Positions 32,455 to 33,261 of a stretch of 33,261 nucleotides of DNA are shown in pieces. The DNA lies in IMG/VR virus record IMGVR_UViG_3300037462_000170, positions 1 through 33,261 of that record. One strand, given 5' to 3'. The DNA comes from a virus (lineage: Duplodnaviria; Caudoviricetes). The position numbers and the translations under genes were made by a program. Each line of letters begins with the position of its first letter. Within the stretch, counting starts at the first letter, position 1. Under the pieces are notes generated by a model. That model had not been told where the DNA came from. It ran no database searches and was given only the letters and a program-made list of their open reading frames with translations.

Positions 32455-32664
32455 TCACCTCCAGTCGCCGCCCTCGCCGCGGTTGCCATTCGCCCACTGC
32501 TCGCGGCAGTCGGCCCGCAGCCGTGCAGCTGCATCGGCGCCGCGCTTTTGCTGCACGCCATCGAGCCATGCGCGGACCCATTCGAGCCCGTGCTGCACGC
32601 GCCATGCGAGGACCTGGCGGACCTCGCAGCGGTGGCGGTCGTCTTCGGCGTGCGCAGGACCCAC
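32455..32664 (-). CDS. Small hypothetical phage protein
   Basis: RHRCEVRQVL...KRG..AAARLRAD...QW..GNRG..GDWR; GTG start at 32664 after GGAGG. Confidence 0.7.
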   Translation of the reverse strand: MGPAHAEDDRHRCEVRQVLAWRVQHGLEWVRAWLDGVQQKRGADAAARLRADCREQWANGNRGEGGDWR

Positions 32665-32665
32665 G

Positions 32666-33247
32666 TCATGCAACCTCCTGCAGCGCGGCCTGATTGGCCG
32701 CCGCGGCTCTGCGCTTTGCCCGGTACTCGCGCAGGATCTCGAGCCGGCACCTGGTGGGCGGCCGCGGCGCATCGGCGCCGGGACCCCAGGTGAACGCCTC
32801 GGCCCACATGTGCTGCCCGTCGTGCTTCCGCCGCCAGCCGCTGCGGTGCACCATGTCGCAGCGGCGCATCTGCCGAAGCGTCGGCGCGATGTTGTGCTGC
32901 GCCACGCCGGTCGCCTCCACCAGCTGGCCGCGGGTGCAGTCGCCGGCCAGCAGCGTGCGCACCAGGATGATGAACGACGCGAGGACCGTTCGGCTGCGGC
33001 AGCTGCGCCGGCCGCAAGCCTTAGCCGGCACCGGCATGCGCGGGTATGGCTTCGACTGCCCGGGCCCGCCGGCGAAGCACGGCACGAACGGGCCGCGATG
33101 ACCAGCCGGCTGCTGCCAGGCCGACACGTGCACGATGCCGGCGCGCTCCATGCGCCAGAGCACGTCGCGCACCGGCGGCACGCCGTGGCCCATGGCCTGA
33201 GCCACCTGGCCGGCTTGCATCGGCTGGGCCAGCACCAGCTGCAGCAT
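32666..33247 (-). CDS. Protein with two probable winged-helix repeats (start may lie beyond the window)
   Basis: Two similar segments (L.RM...G.VHVSAW and LRQM....MVHRSGW) followed by ...GPG.....P; frame is open to the window edge. Confidence 0.65.
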   Translation of the reverse strand: MLQLVLAQPMQAGQVAQAMGHGVPPVRDVLWRMERAGIVHVSAWQQPAGHRGPFVPCFAGGPGQSKPYPRMPVPAKACGRRSCRSRTVLASFIILVRTLLAGDCTRGQLVEATGVAQHNIAPTLRQMRRCDMVHRSGWRRKHDGQHMWAEAFTWGPGADAPRPPTRCRLEILREYRAKRRAAAANQAALQEVA

Positions 33248-33261
33248 CCTGGCGTAGTGCG

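Noticed and set aside
9012-33101. Long + strand ORFs over the structural module (e.g. 10677-12116, 23049-24851, 27921-29825, 29863-31569)
   Set aside because: Antisense to well-supported phage genes; low-complexity Arg/Ala/Gly translations typical of high-GC shadow frames.

Overview
The window is a ~33-kb piece of a GC-rich tailed phage or prophage with P22-like podovirus organisation; no host genes are visible. From 8439 to the right end, on the - strand, lie a RuvC-like resolvase, terminase subunits, portal, scaffold, P22-type coat, gp4/gp10-like tail proteins, ejection proteins, a tailspike and a lysis module. The + strand left arm starts with ninB. The main discovery is at 397-7425: an array of 13 integron-type gene cassettes delimited by 13 attC-like sites, carrying about 24 small phage-like genes including an MT-A70 methyltransferase. 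The ends of each cassette are complementary to each other, as expected for units that were once excised circles. Removing the array in silico rebuilds an attI-like site, GCATAAC-AGGTA-GATATGC, joining the ninB stop codon to the next gene's ATG. The attC sites are inverted relative to the genes and carry built-in stop/start overlaps that would couple translation across cassettes in any order. No integrase is present in the window. All calls are from reading the sequence and recognising motifs; no searches were run.
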